Origin: Flavobacteriales bacterium
GTDB taxonomy: Bacteria; Bacteroidota; Bacteroidia; Flavobacteriales_D; Crocinitomicaceae
NCBI GenBank assembly: GCA_947475095.1
Contig: CANJLG010000008.1
Coordinates: 21,001-85,000, forward strand
Length of the DNA: 64,000 bases
Reading direction: 5' to 3'
In this document: in pieces, positions 1 through 9,813 of the stretch
Layout of the letters: each line of letters begins with the position of its first letter
Position numbering within the stretch: the stretch's first letter is position 1
Notes under the pieces: model-generated
Seen by the model: only the letters and a program-made list of their open reading frames with translations
What the model was told of the DNA's origin: nothing
Database searches by the model: none
Translations under genes and position numbers: made by a program

Positions 1-1845
1 AACGCCGAGGAATTATATAAAGAAATACGACGCGTTGTCTTAAAACAACAAGAAAAATTTGAGTTTGCCTACCAAGAAATTTTAGCGGGATTGAAACTTG
101 TTGGAATAGTGCAACTAAATGAAAAAACCGTCACAGAGATTCAAAAAAAGGAGCTAGCAAGTTATTTTCACAAGGAACTTAAGCACGCAATATTCCCTAT
201 AATGCTTAATAAAAAAGATGCCTTTCCTCGATTGCGTGATTATGCGATTTACCTTGCCGTAAAAATCAACTTAAAAGGATCCTCTTCACGTTATTCCCTG
301 ATTCAAGTCCCCTCGGCCTTATCCCGTTTTTATACTATGAAGGAAGATGACTGCCAATACGTCCTCATTCAAGATGATATTATTCGTCTACACTTACATG
401 AAATTTTCGCCATCTACAATTTCACTTCCATTGAAGCATATACCTTTAAGTTTACCAGAGATGCTGAATTAGACCTTGATGACGATCTTTCCCTTTCATT
501 TTTTGAAAAAGTTGAAAAGGGCATTAAGCAGCGGAAAAAAGGTGCGCCTGTTCGCTTTGTTTACGATGAAACGATGCCCAAAGATTTATTGGAGTACCTA
601 CTAAAAGCATTGGGATTAACGCGAGGAATCAATACAATTCCCGGTGGACGCTACCATAACTTTAAAGACTTTATCAATTATCCCGCGTTTGATTTACCCG
701 CCTTACAGTATCCAAAGCAACCGCCCTGCGAACATCCTTTAATGGAAAACGCCCATAGTTTACTTGATTTAATTGCACAGCAAGACATCTTTCTTTATTT
801 TCCTTATCAAAAGTTCGACTATATCGTAGATCTTTTGAGAGAGGCCGCAATTGATCCAAATGTTAAGCACATTAAAATTAATATTTATCGGGTAGCCAAG
901 AACTCCCAAATCATGAACGCCTTATTGGCAGCTGTTTTTAATGGAAAAGAAGTTACCGTTATTATGGAGCTACAAGCGAGATTTGATGAGGAAAATAATC
1001 TTTATTGGTCTAATAGGCTGCGTGAAAATGGTGCTAAAGTTATTCATGGTGCAGCGAATCTTAAGGTACACTCGAAAATGATTCAAATTTCAAGGTATAA
1101 AGATAAAAAAGAGCAATTGTTTAGCTACGTAGGTACTGGAAACTTTAACGAAAAGAGCGCGAAAATATATACGGACTTTGCATTGCTTACAAGTGATAAA
1201 TCAATTTCTAATGAAATAAAAAAAGTGTTTGGTTTGTTGGAGAACAACTTAGACCGAATGGTTTTTAGGCATTTGATTGTTTCCCCTATTAACACACGAA
1301 GAAAAATTTATAAATTAATTGACACGGAAATTAGCAATGCAAAAATGGGGAAGGCTGCAGGAATAAAAATTAAACTAAATAACCTCACTGATCTTCCCTT
1401 AATAGAAAAGCTATATGAGGCAAGTGCTGCGGGTGTAAAAATTGAAATGATTATCCGAGGTATCTGTTGCTTAAAAACAACAATTAAAGGACTTAGTGAT
1501 AATATAACCGTAATTAGTATTGTAGACCGCTACCTAGAACATGCGCGCATGCTAATTTTTGAAAATGCTGGAGATCCATTATTTTATATTTTAAGTGCTG
1601 ACTTTATGGAGCGGAACATAGATTATCGCATTGAGGTTGGGGTTCCTATATACTGCAAAACGATACAAGAAGACCTATCGCGCGTGTTTGATTTTCAATG
1701 GAAAGGAAGTGTTAAGTCGCGTTTAATCACCGGCGACCTCAAAAATATTTACCGAAAAACGAACCTTGCGCCATTTCATGCGCAAGTGGAAACCTACAAG
1801 CATTATTTAGCCTTGAGTCAAACACCAACTGAATCTATTAATTGA
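1..1845 (+). CDS. ppk1: Polyphosphate kinase 1 (5' end truncated by window edge)
   Basis: Frame is open from base 1. PPK1 motifs TRDAELDLD, GGRYHNF, ELQARFDEENN, LKVHSK, GTGNFN, SIVDRYLEHAR. Confidence 0.96.
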   Translation, partial: NAEELYKEIRRVVLKQQEKFEFAYQEILAGLKLVGIVQLNEKTVTEIQKKELASYFHKELKHAIFPIMLNKKDAFPRLRDYAIYLAVKINLKGSSSRYSLIQVPSALSRFYTMKEDDCQYVLIQDDIIRLHLHEIFAIYNFTSIEAYTFKFTRDAELDLDDDLSLSFFEKVEKGIKQRKKGAPVRFVYDETMPKDLLEYLLKALGLTRGINTIPGGRYHNFKDFINYPAFDLPALQYPKQPPCEHPLMENAHSLLDLIAQQDIFLYFPYQKFDYIVDLLREAAIDPNVKHIKINIYRVAKNSQIMNALLAAVFNGKEVTVIMELQARFDEENNLYWSNRLRENGAKVIHGAANLKVHSKMIQISRYKDKKEQLFSYVGTGNFNEKSAKIYTDFALLTSDKSISNEIKKVFGLLENNLDRMVFRHLIVSPINTRRKIYKLIDTEISNAKMGKAAGIKIKLNNLTDLPLIEKLYEASAAGVKIEMIIRGICCLKTTIKGLSDNITVISIVDRYLEHARMLIFENAGDPLFYILSADFMERNIDYRIEVGVPIYCKTIQEDLSRVFDFQWKGSVKSRLITGDLKNIYRKTNLAPFHAQVETYKHYLALSQTPTESIN

Positions 1846-2852
1846 GGTGTCGGGAATTCATTTTTAAATGGCATTAAATCATTAAAAATAGTATCTATTA
1901 TCTGTTCCGTTCTATTGGGGTAATTCACCGCTATTTGTTGAGATTGCATTAGCCATAAGCTAATCGTTCTACGATGTAATAAACATAGCTTATCTAATAC
2001 AAGAACTCCTATTTTTTTAAGACTCTCAGCATTACAAAGTTGCTCATATTGGCCCATCATTGGGATCACCATTAATTTTTTATTTAGAAACAGTGCTTCA
2101 GCGGGTAATTCAAACCCAGCTCCACACAACACTCCCTCGGATGTCCTTAAACTGTCCGTGAATTTGGTGGTGTCAATGGGATTTACCCACACATTATTAA
2201 CACGATAGCGACAACTTGCATATTTCGAAAAGACATGCCACTCAGCCTTAAAATGCATTAAGGTTTGAACGATGAAATCATCGTGATACGCTGGTAAATA
2301 AACGGTATAATGCCCACGGTTTTCTGATTCTAATTTTCTAATGTTCTCTCTGATAACTGGGGTAAATATAGATGAGGCATAAGATTCGAAATGAAAACCA
2401 TATTTGTGGGGACTTGGGCAATAATTTCCCAAAATGAAATTCCCAATTCTGTGTTTATCTATCGGTTTTGGTGAGCTTGGGTGAGAAACCGCAGCCTGAT
2501 GACTTAATTCAACTGAATTTACGCCGTGATATTTTGCAGACCACGCAGAAATTGGTTCGAAATCACTAATTATTAAGTCGTATTTCTTCGCGGGAAATTG
2601 GCTGATTTCTTTGAAAAACTTAAAGACGTTCGTGTTAATGGCCGTTTTTATGATATCAACTTTCCCTTTTTTAGAAGACAGAAAACTCATGCCTCGCAAT
2701 TGATAATCTATCGAAAAAGATGGTGTCAACTGAGATTGTGTGCCACTCACCAATATATCTACTTGACACCTTTTGCGTAAGTGTGGAACAATGTCCTCTG
2801 CCCGACTTAAATGGCCATTGCCGGTTCCTTGTATCGCATATAACACTTTCAT
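1818..2852 (-). CDS. GT-B glycosyltransferase (MJ1255/VC2487-like family)
   Basis: N-terminal YAIQGTGNGHLSRA, ISDFEP, C-terminal AGFELPAEAL and GQYEQLCNA motifs. Lies 3 nt downstream of the metallophosphoesterase gene. Confidence 0.85.
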   Translation of the reverse strand: MKVLYAIQGTGNGHLSRAEDIVPHLRKRCQVDILVSGTQSQLTPSFSIDYQLRGMSFLSSKKGKVDIIKTAINTNVFKFFKEISQFPAKKYDLIISDFEPISAWSAKYHGVNSVELSHQAAVSHPSSPKPIDKHRIGNFILGNYCPSPHKYGFHFESYASSIFTPVIRENIRKLESENRGHYTVYLPAYHDDFIVQTLMHFKAEWHVFSKYASCRYRVNNVWVNPIDTTKFTDSLRTSEGVLCGAGFELPAEALFLNKKLMVIPMMGQYEQLCNAESLKKIGVLVLDKLCLLHRRTISLWLMQSQQIAVNYPNRTEQIIDTIFNDLMPFKNEFPTPQLIDSVGV

Positions 2853-2855
2853 AAG

Positions 2856-3698
2856 CTATATTTTTACAACGTTTTGTGTGATTTCAGCAAGTAAAACCTC
2901 TATCGAAAGTTCCTCCCTACGAGATTTTATTAATTCGCTTTTTATGTTTTTTTGTGGGCTTTGATCCTCAAAATAAAGCTTCCAAACGCCATCATGGTAT
3001 TCTAATGCTGTTGAATTTTCAACCCAATCTCCTGAATTAAGGTACATCACCTTTTCACCACTCTTCGTTTGAAGTTCTTTTATTTCCGGTTGATGGATGT
3101 GACCACAAATAACATAATCATACCCATTGGCAATCGCGAGTTCTGCGGCGGTTATTTCAAAATTACTTACGTAACTCACAACCCCCTTCACGCTGTTTTT
3201 TATTTTTTTTGACAACGAAATCCTTCCCCTCCCGAGTTTTTCACTGACCCAATTCATAAACGTATTTAACATTATAAGAATGTCATATCCTTTTCCGCCT
3301 AGCTTTGCCAACCATTTTGAATGTCTCATGGTGGTGTCAAATACATCTCCATGAAAAATCCAAGCACGACCTGTTGGTAGATTTAGAACTATTTTATTAA
3401 CGATTTCGAAATTTGCAATTTTAAACCCTGTAAATCTCCGTAACATTTCATCGTGATTTCCTGTGACATAATAAACCATTGTTCCAGAACTCAGAAAAGA
3501 TGTTATTTCTCTTATAACCTGCATGTGCGCAGCAGGAAAATAACGCTTCGAAAATTGCCATATATCAATGATGTCGCCATTTAACACCAAAGTCTTAGGC
3601 TTAATACTCCTTAAGTATTTAACCAATTCTTCTGCGCGGGAACCATAAGTGCCCAAATGCACATCTGAAATTACAACCAAGTCAACTTCTCTTCTCAT
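2856..3698 (-). CDS. Calcineurin-like metallophosphoesterase, LpxH2/PlcP (phospholipase C)-like
   Basis: Motifs SDVHLG, GDIID, GNHD, HGD, CGHIH, NSGDWVE. ATG at 3698 preferred over TTG at 3716. Confidence 0.85.
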   Translation of the reverse strand: MRREVDLVVISDVHLGTYGSRAEELVKYLRSIKPKTLVLNGDIIDIWQFSKRYFPAAHMQVIREITSFLSSGTMVYYVTGNHDEMLRRFTGFKIANFEIVNKIVLNLPTGRAWIFHGDVFDTTMRHSKWLAKLGGKGYDILIMLNTFMNWVSEKLGRGRISLSKKIKNSVKGVVSYVSNFEITAAELAIANGYDYVICGHIHQPEIKELQTKSGEKVMYLNSGDWVENSTALEYHDGVWKLYFEDQSPQKNIKSELIKSRREELSIEVLLAEITQNVVKI

Positions 3699-3858
3699 AC
3701 TCTTAATTTCCAACAAAGGTGGGCCTTTGATGTTTCCTGAGTTTTAAGCGAAGATTAAGGCGCAAATAGATATTAATACTGATTTGTTCAAAACAGATCC
3801 TAGAAATATCCTAGACGTAAAATATAAGCCAACAGATAAACTCGGGATGCGTCTTGGA

Positions 3859-6800
3859 CTACTCTTTAATAACCTTTGTTAAATTAGTTTCGCCATTCTG
3901 ATCTAATTTTATTAAATAAGATCCCCGAGCGAATGAAGAGAAGTCAAGCATTATTTCCGTTTGATTTTTAACCTGATCGGTAAATAATACCCTTCCATCC
4001 ATGGTTAAAATGGAGATTGTAGCAGAAATCGGCATATTAAACATTCCGTAGACCTCGCTTTGCGTTGGGTTGGGATAGTAGGAAAGTTTAAATAAATCTT
4101 CTTCATAAATCCCCAAACAAGGGTCTAAGACCACCACGGTGCTACCCGATTCTGTACAGCCATTTAATTCTCCTGTTACAGTGTAAGTTCCTGCTTGGGT
4201 GATTGAAGTTGAGGTGCCAGAAGTGCCATTGCTCCATAAAAATGAAGTAGCGTTACCCGCGGCTGTCAATTGGAGAGGCAAATTATAGTCGCAAACTGTT
4301 GTATCACTCACTAAGAAAATTGTCGGATTTGGATTAACCTCAACAGTAAATGCCGATGACCCTTCACAATTGTTGGTGTCTATTCCCACAACAGACAAGG
4401 TTATTGTAGATGCTGGCTGGAAATATGTTCCATTGAACTGACCTATATTCCAGGTATAGTTCGCTGCACCATTCGCTTGAAGAAGAATGGAGTCGCCGGC
4501 ACAAATCGTTTGGTTTACACCAGCAGAAATAGTAGGTAAAGCATTAACCGTTACAAACAAATTATCTTGATCTTGACATCCGTAAGCGTTTGTTCCTGTT
4601 ACAATATAGTTAGTGGTGTTGGTGGGAGTAAATGAAACGCCATTTACAGCACCATTATCCCATGAATACGTTTGAGCACCACTAGCAACAAGTACAATAT
4701 TCCCGCCTTCACAAAGTTCTATATCACTTCCAGCGAAAACAGTCGGAGAAGGATTGACAAACACTGTTATTTGATCAACATTCTGACATTGGTTTAAATC
4801 TACTCCGGTCAAGGTATAGGTCTGTGTAAGTTGTGGAATAAATGGGGAATTATTAATTACACCATTAGTCCAAGAATAACTTGTTGCTCCTGAGCCCGTT
4901 AAAATTACCGAGTCTCCGAAACAAATTGTTAAATCATTTCCTGCAAAAACATTCGGTAATCCGAGCACATTTACAAGAACAACATCATTGCTAGAACATC
5001 CCGTAGAAGAATTCGTGCCCGTTACAAAATAACTAGTGGAAGATAGGTTTGTTCCAGTTTGAACAGTTAAAGAAGCGCCCGTTGCCCCATTATTCCACAC
5101 ATAGTTTGTTGCTCCCGTAGCTGTAAAAGTTACACTTGAGCCTCCACAAACCGTTTGATCAACACCCGCTGAAACAATTGGAAGCGAATTTACAGTCACC
5201 GTTGTGGTTGCTGTGCCCGTACAGCCTTGTGAATTAGTGCCTGTAACTGTATACGTTGCTGTTGAGACAGGCGTAAAGGCTACTGCATTGGTCACACCAT
5301 TGCTCCAAGAATATGTTAAAGCACCACTTCCATTCAGGGTTACTGGTGAGCCTGCACATACTGATTGATTTATGCTGGCAGATACAGTTGGTGAAGGAAG
5401 GATTGTTATTACTTTAATCAAAGATGTGTCTGAACAGGCTAATGGCAAGCTATTTACCAAAACAGCATACGAACCCGCTTGTGCTGCTATTAATTGTGTA
5501 CTTGTCTCTCCAATTATTGGTTGGCCATTTAGTAACCATTGGTAAGAACTTCCTGTTGATCCTGGAATCGAAAGGGTTGTGCTCGCCCCAACACAAATAG
5601 AGTTGGCAGCAGCGGTAACAACGGCACCTGCTGCTGTAGCACAAGTATTTACTTGATAGATAGATAGGGTTGAGCTAACCTCGTTTGCCAAAATCACAAT
5701 ATCGTTGCCATTCGGCGAAATCGCTGCGGGGATGCTAACAATTCCCTCTGCGCCTAAATCTGGCCCGCTCAACGTTGTTGATCTATTATTCCGATAGGCA
5801 ACATAAACTGGTGATAAAGGGTTCTCTACATTGAAAACCATGACGCCACCAATCCTTTCTAATGCTAGAAAAACATACGGCTTTCCATTGATTGTCTGAA
5901 AATATATTCCTTCGATCTCAGGGCCTTTATCATCGCTTCTGTTTTTTAAAGATGGTGTGCCAGTAGAATTTGACGCATTAAAAATAGCGGCGAAAGTTGG
6001 ATGGTTAGCTATTATTTGCTCGATTAAATCCTTCGAATCATAAACAAGAGCGCCTGTTGTAGCGTTTCGAATACTAAAAGACCTTCCACTCATAACATGC
6101 AATTCGTCATAATCGCCATCGCCGTCTGTATCTCCTGAATATTTTAAGGCACTAAGTCTACCCAGAAACTTGCTGTTTTTAAGTATGCTTGCATCTGGAA
6201 AGGCTACCGCATCCAAGTTTGCAAATGTAGTTGAATTGATTCTATTAGCATCTACTACAGTCCCAAACTCGCGCGAATCACCTTCATTGGCTGTGAAAAT
6301 ATACCCTTGTCCTCCTATGGTTCCAAAGCTAAGTGCATCAGGCATATAAGCTCCTTTGATTGGCAGGTCTCCAGTAATTAAGATCGCGCCACTTTGATCA
6401 GAGGCGTCTAAGGCGTTATTCGATCCAGTTCCATATGGGCTATAGCCCAAAGCAGCTAGGCTGATTATCGTATTATTTGTAAGGTCAATCGTCAAAAGTG
6501 CATTTGCTTCTTGAATTCCCACGTAGGCTTTTGTGTTATCGTCCGAAATGGTGATGTATTCTGGCTCTAAATCCTGTGCTACAGTCGCACTTGTTGAGAA
6601 CACACGAATTCCTTGTGCAATCAATGTGGACTGCTGTCCATTATAGGATGTTAATCCTATTGTAGTCACATTCGCATTTGTTAGATTAGCAATTCCAGGT
6701 GTTAAATCTACAATGGAAACAGATCCCTCAGGGTCAACCGTATACGCTGCATTTGGCTCTCCTTCATTCGCGGTGAGAATTTTAGTATAGTTTTTATTAA

Positions 6801-8187
6801 AGGTGATCATATCTGGCATAGCACCAACCGTCACTTGACTCAAGAAGTTGCCATTATAATCCAAAAACACGACTGAACCATTAAGTTGTGGGTTGATGTT
6901 TTCTATTGCCAATGCAACGATGCTGTCATGCGCAACAACCGAGTTAATGTTCCCATAAGGAGTAGTAGAAATCGACGTTATTAACACCGGTAGAGCGGGA
7001 TTGGCAAAATTAACAATGTCTAATTTTGCAGCAATGCTATTTGCAATAAACAAACGGTCAACATCTTCGTCAAATGCAACTATTTCAGCGGAATTCGTTC
7101 CTGCAGTACCGTTAGAAAAGCTCGATAAAAGAGTTAAGTTTAATGCATTCGTTGGCGAAGGGGCTTGGTAATCATTGTCTTTAATGAAAATGATTTGGTA
7201 ATTCTCCGTTGTTGATATTCTTGTATTGGTTCCTGATAGTATTTTTACAACAATTCGTTCTGCTTTTTCAGGTAATAAGTCGTCAATAATTGTAATTACA
7301 TGATTGGTAGTGCCATTCGTGTTGGCTGGTATTGTTACTGTATTGGTCCATGTAAAATCTACATTGTCGGTCGCGTTTGAATAAACAGAGAAACCTAGGT
7401 TTAAGGTTACTGGGCTGGCATTTGCATTCGCAATTAATATCGGAACGTTAACCGTCCCAACATTTTCAGCTACTTGAATAAAATTGTTGGCGGCAGCAAT
7501 GGATGTGTTAGCTCCTCCATCTACTTTTACATTGTCAAATCGCCAAGTGCCTCCGCTTGCAATTGTGCTTGTTAATACTGTTTGTCTAAACTCTCCTGTA
7601 GCCTGATAGTGTGCCGCAAGAATTCTAACGGCAAAATTTGGATTGTTATTCGCTGCTAGTATGGATACGAAATCTACTGAAATTCTTCTGTATTGATCAC
7701 CAACACCGTTGTTTTGAAAACGACCTCCATCAAGAACACCGTTACAATAAGTCGTGTTTTGGTCCGTCATCACAAAGTCTGTCCAAGCAAGACCATCAGT
7801 TGTATATTTAACTCTCACAGTATTTGCCGATGTACTAGACCAGCGTTGGTCCCAGGTAAATTTTATGTTTTGATAGCCAACAGTTGAGACATTATATTGA
7901 ACACCGTTGGATTCATTTGCTAATCCTGGAGCGGCAGTAAAAGCCCAGGCTCCTGGATTTAGTCCGTTTTGAGCTCCACAGCCATTATTTATTATCGGGT
8001 CCATGCCTGTTGCAGCTGCAGCAACAGTAAGTGTCCCCACTATAGAAGAGGTGCCCACGCCTAAATCAGCATTGTAAGTAGTTGGGGAACCAACTATTGT
8101 GTTGTAGTTCCAAAGTGCAATCTGAGATTGGGCAACCAATGTTGATAAAAAAATGCCTGTAAAAGAAAAGAGTAGTTTTGAAATCAT
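3859..8187 (-). CDS. T9SS-secreted choice-of-anchor I family protein (Calx-beta-like domain, beta-propeller, tandem Ig-like repeats, type A CTD)
   Basis: Signal peptide. SAEIVAFD, GAMPDMITF, ANEGEP, DLEPEYI, NRSDDKGPE, DLGAEG, ANEVS typical of choice-of-anchor I. Repeated AG.D..IC.G.S..L.ASGA..YSW units. C-terminal YYPNPT...KVIKE. Confidence 0.85.
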   Translation of the reverse strand: MISKLLFSFTGIFLSTLVAQSQIALWNYNTIVGSPTTYNADLGVGTSSIVGTLTVAAAATGMDPIINNGCGAQNGLNPGAWAFTAAPGLANESNGVQYNVSTVGYQNIKFTWDQRWSSTSANTVRVKYTTDGLAWTDFVMTDQNTTYCNGVLDGGRFQNNGVGDQYRRISVDFVSILAANNNPNFAVRILAAHYQATGEFRQTVLTSTIASGGTWRFDNVKVDGGANTSIAAANNFIQVAENVGTVNVPILIANANASPVTLNLGFSVYSNATDNVDFTWTNTVTIPANTNGTTNHVITIIDDLLPEKAERIVVKILSGTNTRISTTENYQIIFIKDNDYQAPSPTNALNLTLLSSFSNGTAGTNSAEIVAFDEDVDRLFIANSIAAKLDIVNFANPALPVLITSISTTPYGNINSVVAHDSIVALAIENINPQLNGSVVFLDYNGNFLSQVTVGAMPDMITFNKNYTKILTANEGEPNAAYTVDPEGSVSIVDLTPGIANLTNANVTTIGLTSYNGQQSTLIAQGIRVFSTSATVAQDLEPEYITISDDNTKAYVGIQEANALLTIDLTNNTIISLAALGYSPYGTGSNNALDASDQSGAILITGDLPIKGAYMPDALSFGTIGGQGYIFTANEGDSREFGTVVDANRINSTTFANLDAVAFPDASILKNSKFLGRLSALKYSGDTDGDGDYDELHVMSGRSFSIRNATTGALVYDSKDLIEQIIANHPTFAAIFNASNSTGTPSLKNRSDDKGPEIEGIYFQTINGKPYVFLALERIGGVMVFNVENPLSPVYVAYRNNRSTTLSGPDLGAEGIVSIPAAISPNGNDIVILANEVSSTLSIYQVNTCATAAGAVVTAAANSICVGASTTLSIPGSTGSSYQWLLNGQPIIGETSTQLIAAQAGSYAVLVNSLPLACSDTSLIKVITILPSPTVSASINQSVCAGSPVTLNGSGALTYSWSNGVTNAVAFTPVSTATYTVTGTNSQGCTGTATTTVTVNSLPIVSAGVDQTVCGGSSVTFTATGATNYVWNNGATGASLTVQTGTNLSSTSYFVTGTNSSTGCSSNDVVLVNVLGLPNVFAGNDLTICFGDSVILTGSGATSYSWTNGVINNSPFIPQLTQTYTLTGVDLNQCQNVDQITVFVNPSPTVFAGSDIELCEGGNIVLVASGAQTYSWDNGAVNGVSFTPTNTTNYIVTGTNAYGCQDQDNLFVTVNALPTISAGVNQTICAGDSILLQANGAANYTWNIGQFNGTYFQPASTITLSVVGIDTNNCEGSSAFTVEVNPNPTIFLVSDTTVCDYNLPLQLTAAGNATSFLWSNGTSGTSTSITQAGTYTVTGELNGCTESGSTVVVLDPCLGIYEEDLFKLSYYPNPTQSEVYGMFNMPISATISILTMDGRVLFTDQVKNQTEIMLDFSSFARGSYLIKLDQNGETNLTKVIKE

Positions 8188-8306
8188 AATGCAGTGTTTT
8201 TAGAACTGCAAAATTCCTTCTTTTCCTGCCCATGAATGTTTCGTTAAAATTATATTTTTTGTGGCTTATATTTATTTACTGTTAATTAACAGTGGTCTGA
8301 AAATTA

Positions 8307-8729
8307 CTATTTTACCGTAATATTAATTGTCTTGCTGTTGTTCACAACAACAGCTGCTTCTGCGAAGCTAGGCGCACTAAAAGTTCTGCGCGCATTATTA
8401 GAAAACCCATAAGACTCTGTTGGAATCCCTAAATAATTTTTATCTAACACTTTATTGTTATTTATATCATGATAAACCGCAACGGCATAGGAGCCGACTG
8501 AAAGACCTGTAAAAATGATCCTTGCTTCATTATTCTTAATGGCAATTGCTTTTCCTATGTATTGTTTTCCAAATACTGGAAAAGCATCCGTTTTTCGATA
8601 AATTGCGACAAATGCAGTGCCTTGGTTTGATGGAAACCCTTTAATTATGGCTGATAAATCGACCGTGGTCGTTTGAGGGGCCAGGCCTAAAAAAAGAAAT
8701 GGTAATAAAACTGATTTTAAAAACAACAT
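8307..8729 (-). CDS. DUF2141 family exported protein
   Basis: G.YAVAVYHDINNN..LD.N.LGIPTESYGFSNNA....APSF motif. Confidence 0.85.
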   Translation of the reverse strand: MLFLKSVLLPFLFLGLAPQTTTVDLSAIIKGFPSNQGTAFVAIYRKTDAFPVFGKQYIGKAIAIKNNEARIIFTGLSVGSYAVAVYHDINNNKVLDKNYLGIPTESYGFSNNARRTFSAPSFAEAAVVVNNSKTINITVK

Positions 8730-8772
8730 ATAAATCTGATAAAAACTTCAATAAAATTAATTCTTTTTCCGC

Positions 8773-8780
8773 TACCTTTG
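8773..8780 (+). promoter_or_regulatory. Bacteroidota sigma-A -7 element TACCTTTG for galE
   Basis: Exact TAnnTTTG, 4 nt before the galE ATG. Confidence 0.65.
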
Positions 8781-8784
8781 AAGG

Positions 8785-9813
8785 ATGTCGAAAAATGTTT
8801 TAATTACTGGGGGTGCCGGATATATTGGCGCACATACCGTTGATGCATTAGTAAGAAGTGGGTACACACCTATTATTGTTGATGATTTTCGTAATAGTAA
8901 TCCAAGCGTACTACAAGATTTAAGTAAATTAATTGGGTTCGAACCCTTGTTTTATACTATTGACATCTGTGATAAAGCGGCATTAAAAGACGTTTTTAAA
9001 ACACAACAAATTAATTCCGTTATTCATTTTGCCGCTTTTAAAGCTGTGGGTGAATCTGTGATAGAACCGCTAAAATATTATCAAAATAACCTCATCGGTT
9101 TATTGAATGTGTTAGAATGCATGGAAGCATTTGATGTGCAGGAATTGGTGTTTTCTTCCTCTTGTACCGTATATGGCGAACCAGATTCAATCAAAGAGGT
9201 AACTGAAGAAACCCCCAAACAACTCCCCACCTCACCTTATGGTTATACCAAATGGATGGCCGAGCAGATTATTTCCGATTATGCGAAAGCAAATAGCCGT
9301 TTTAAGGTAATCTGTTTGCGTTATTTTAATCCTATTGGCGCCCATCCTAGCGGATTAATCGGAGAATTGCCTATTGGGAAGCCAAATAATTTATTGCCCT
9401 TTATTACACAAACTGCTATTGGGAAACACAGTAAATTATTGGTTTTTGGGAATGATTACCCCACCCTAGATGGAACTTGCATAAGGGATTATATTCACGT
9501 GATGGATTTAGCGGACGCACATATAAAAGCCGTCGAGGCCTTTGGTAATAATTCTATCGCATCCTGTGAATATATTAATGTAGGAACCGGAAAAGGAACC
9601 AGTGTCCTTCAAATGATTCAAGCTTTTGAAGAAATTAGTGGGGCAAATCTTTCCTGGGAATTTGCCCCAAGAAGAACTGGAGATATCATAGAAATCTATG
9701 CAAATGTGGATCGCGCTAAAACCTTGTTAAACTGGCAAGCACAATTTTCCTATCAAGACGCCATAAAAGATGCTTGGAATTGGGAACTCTCAAACAAACA
9801 GAAAGAACGCTAA
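8785..9813 (+). CDS. galE: UDP-glucose 4-epimerase
   Basis: TGGAGYIG, HFAAFKAVGES, FSSSCTVYG, YGYTK, LRYFNPIGAH, RDYIHV. Confidence 0.95.
   Translation: MSKNVLITGGAGYIGAHTVDALVRSGYTPIIVDDFRNSNPSVLQDLSKLIGFEPLFYTIDICDKAALKDVFKTQQINSVIHFAAFKAVGESVIEPLKYYQNNLIGLLNVLECMEAFDVQELVFSSSCTVYGEPDSIKEVTEETPKQLPTSPYGYTKWMAEQIISDYAKANSRFKVICLRYFNPIGAHPSGLIGELPIGKPNNLLPFITQTAIGKHSKLLVFGNDYPTLDGTCIRDYIHVMDLADAHIKAVEAFGNNSIASCEYINVGTGKGTSVLQMIQAFEEISGANLSWEFAPRRTGDIIEIYANVDRAKTLLNWQAQFSYQDAIKDAWNWELSNKQKER

Noticed and set aside
2856..3716. Assigning lpxH
   Set aside because: The motif pattern and GT pairing fit the LpxH2/PlcP group at least as well. This cannot be decided without a phylogeny.
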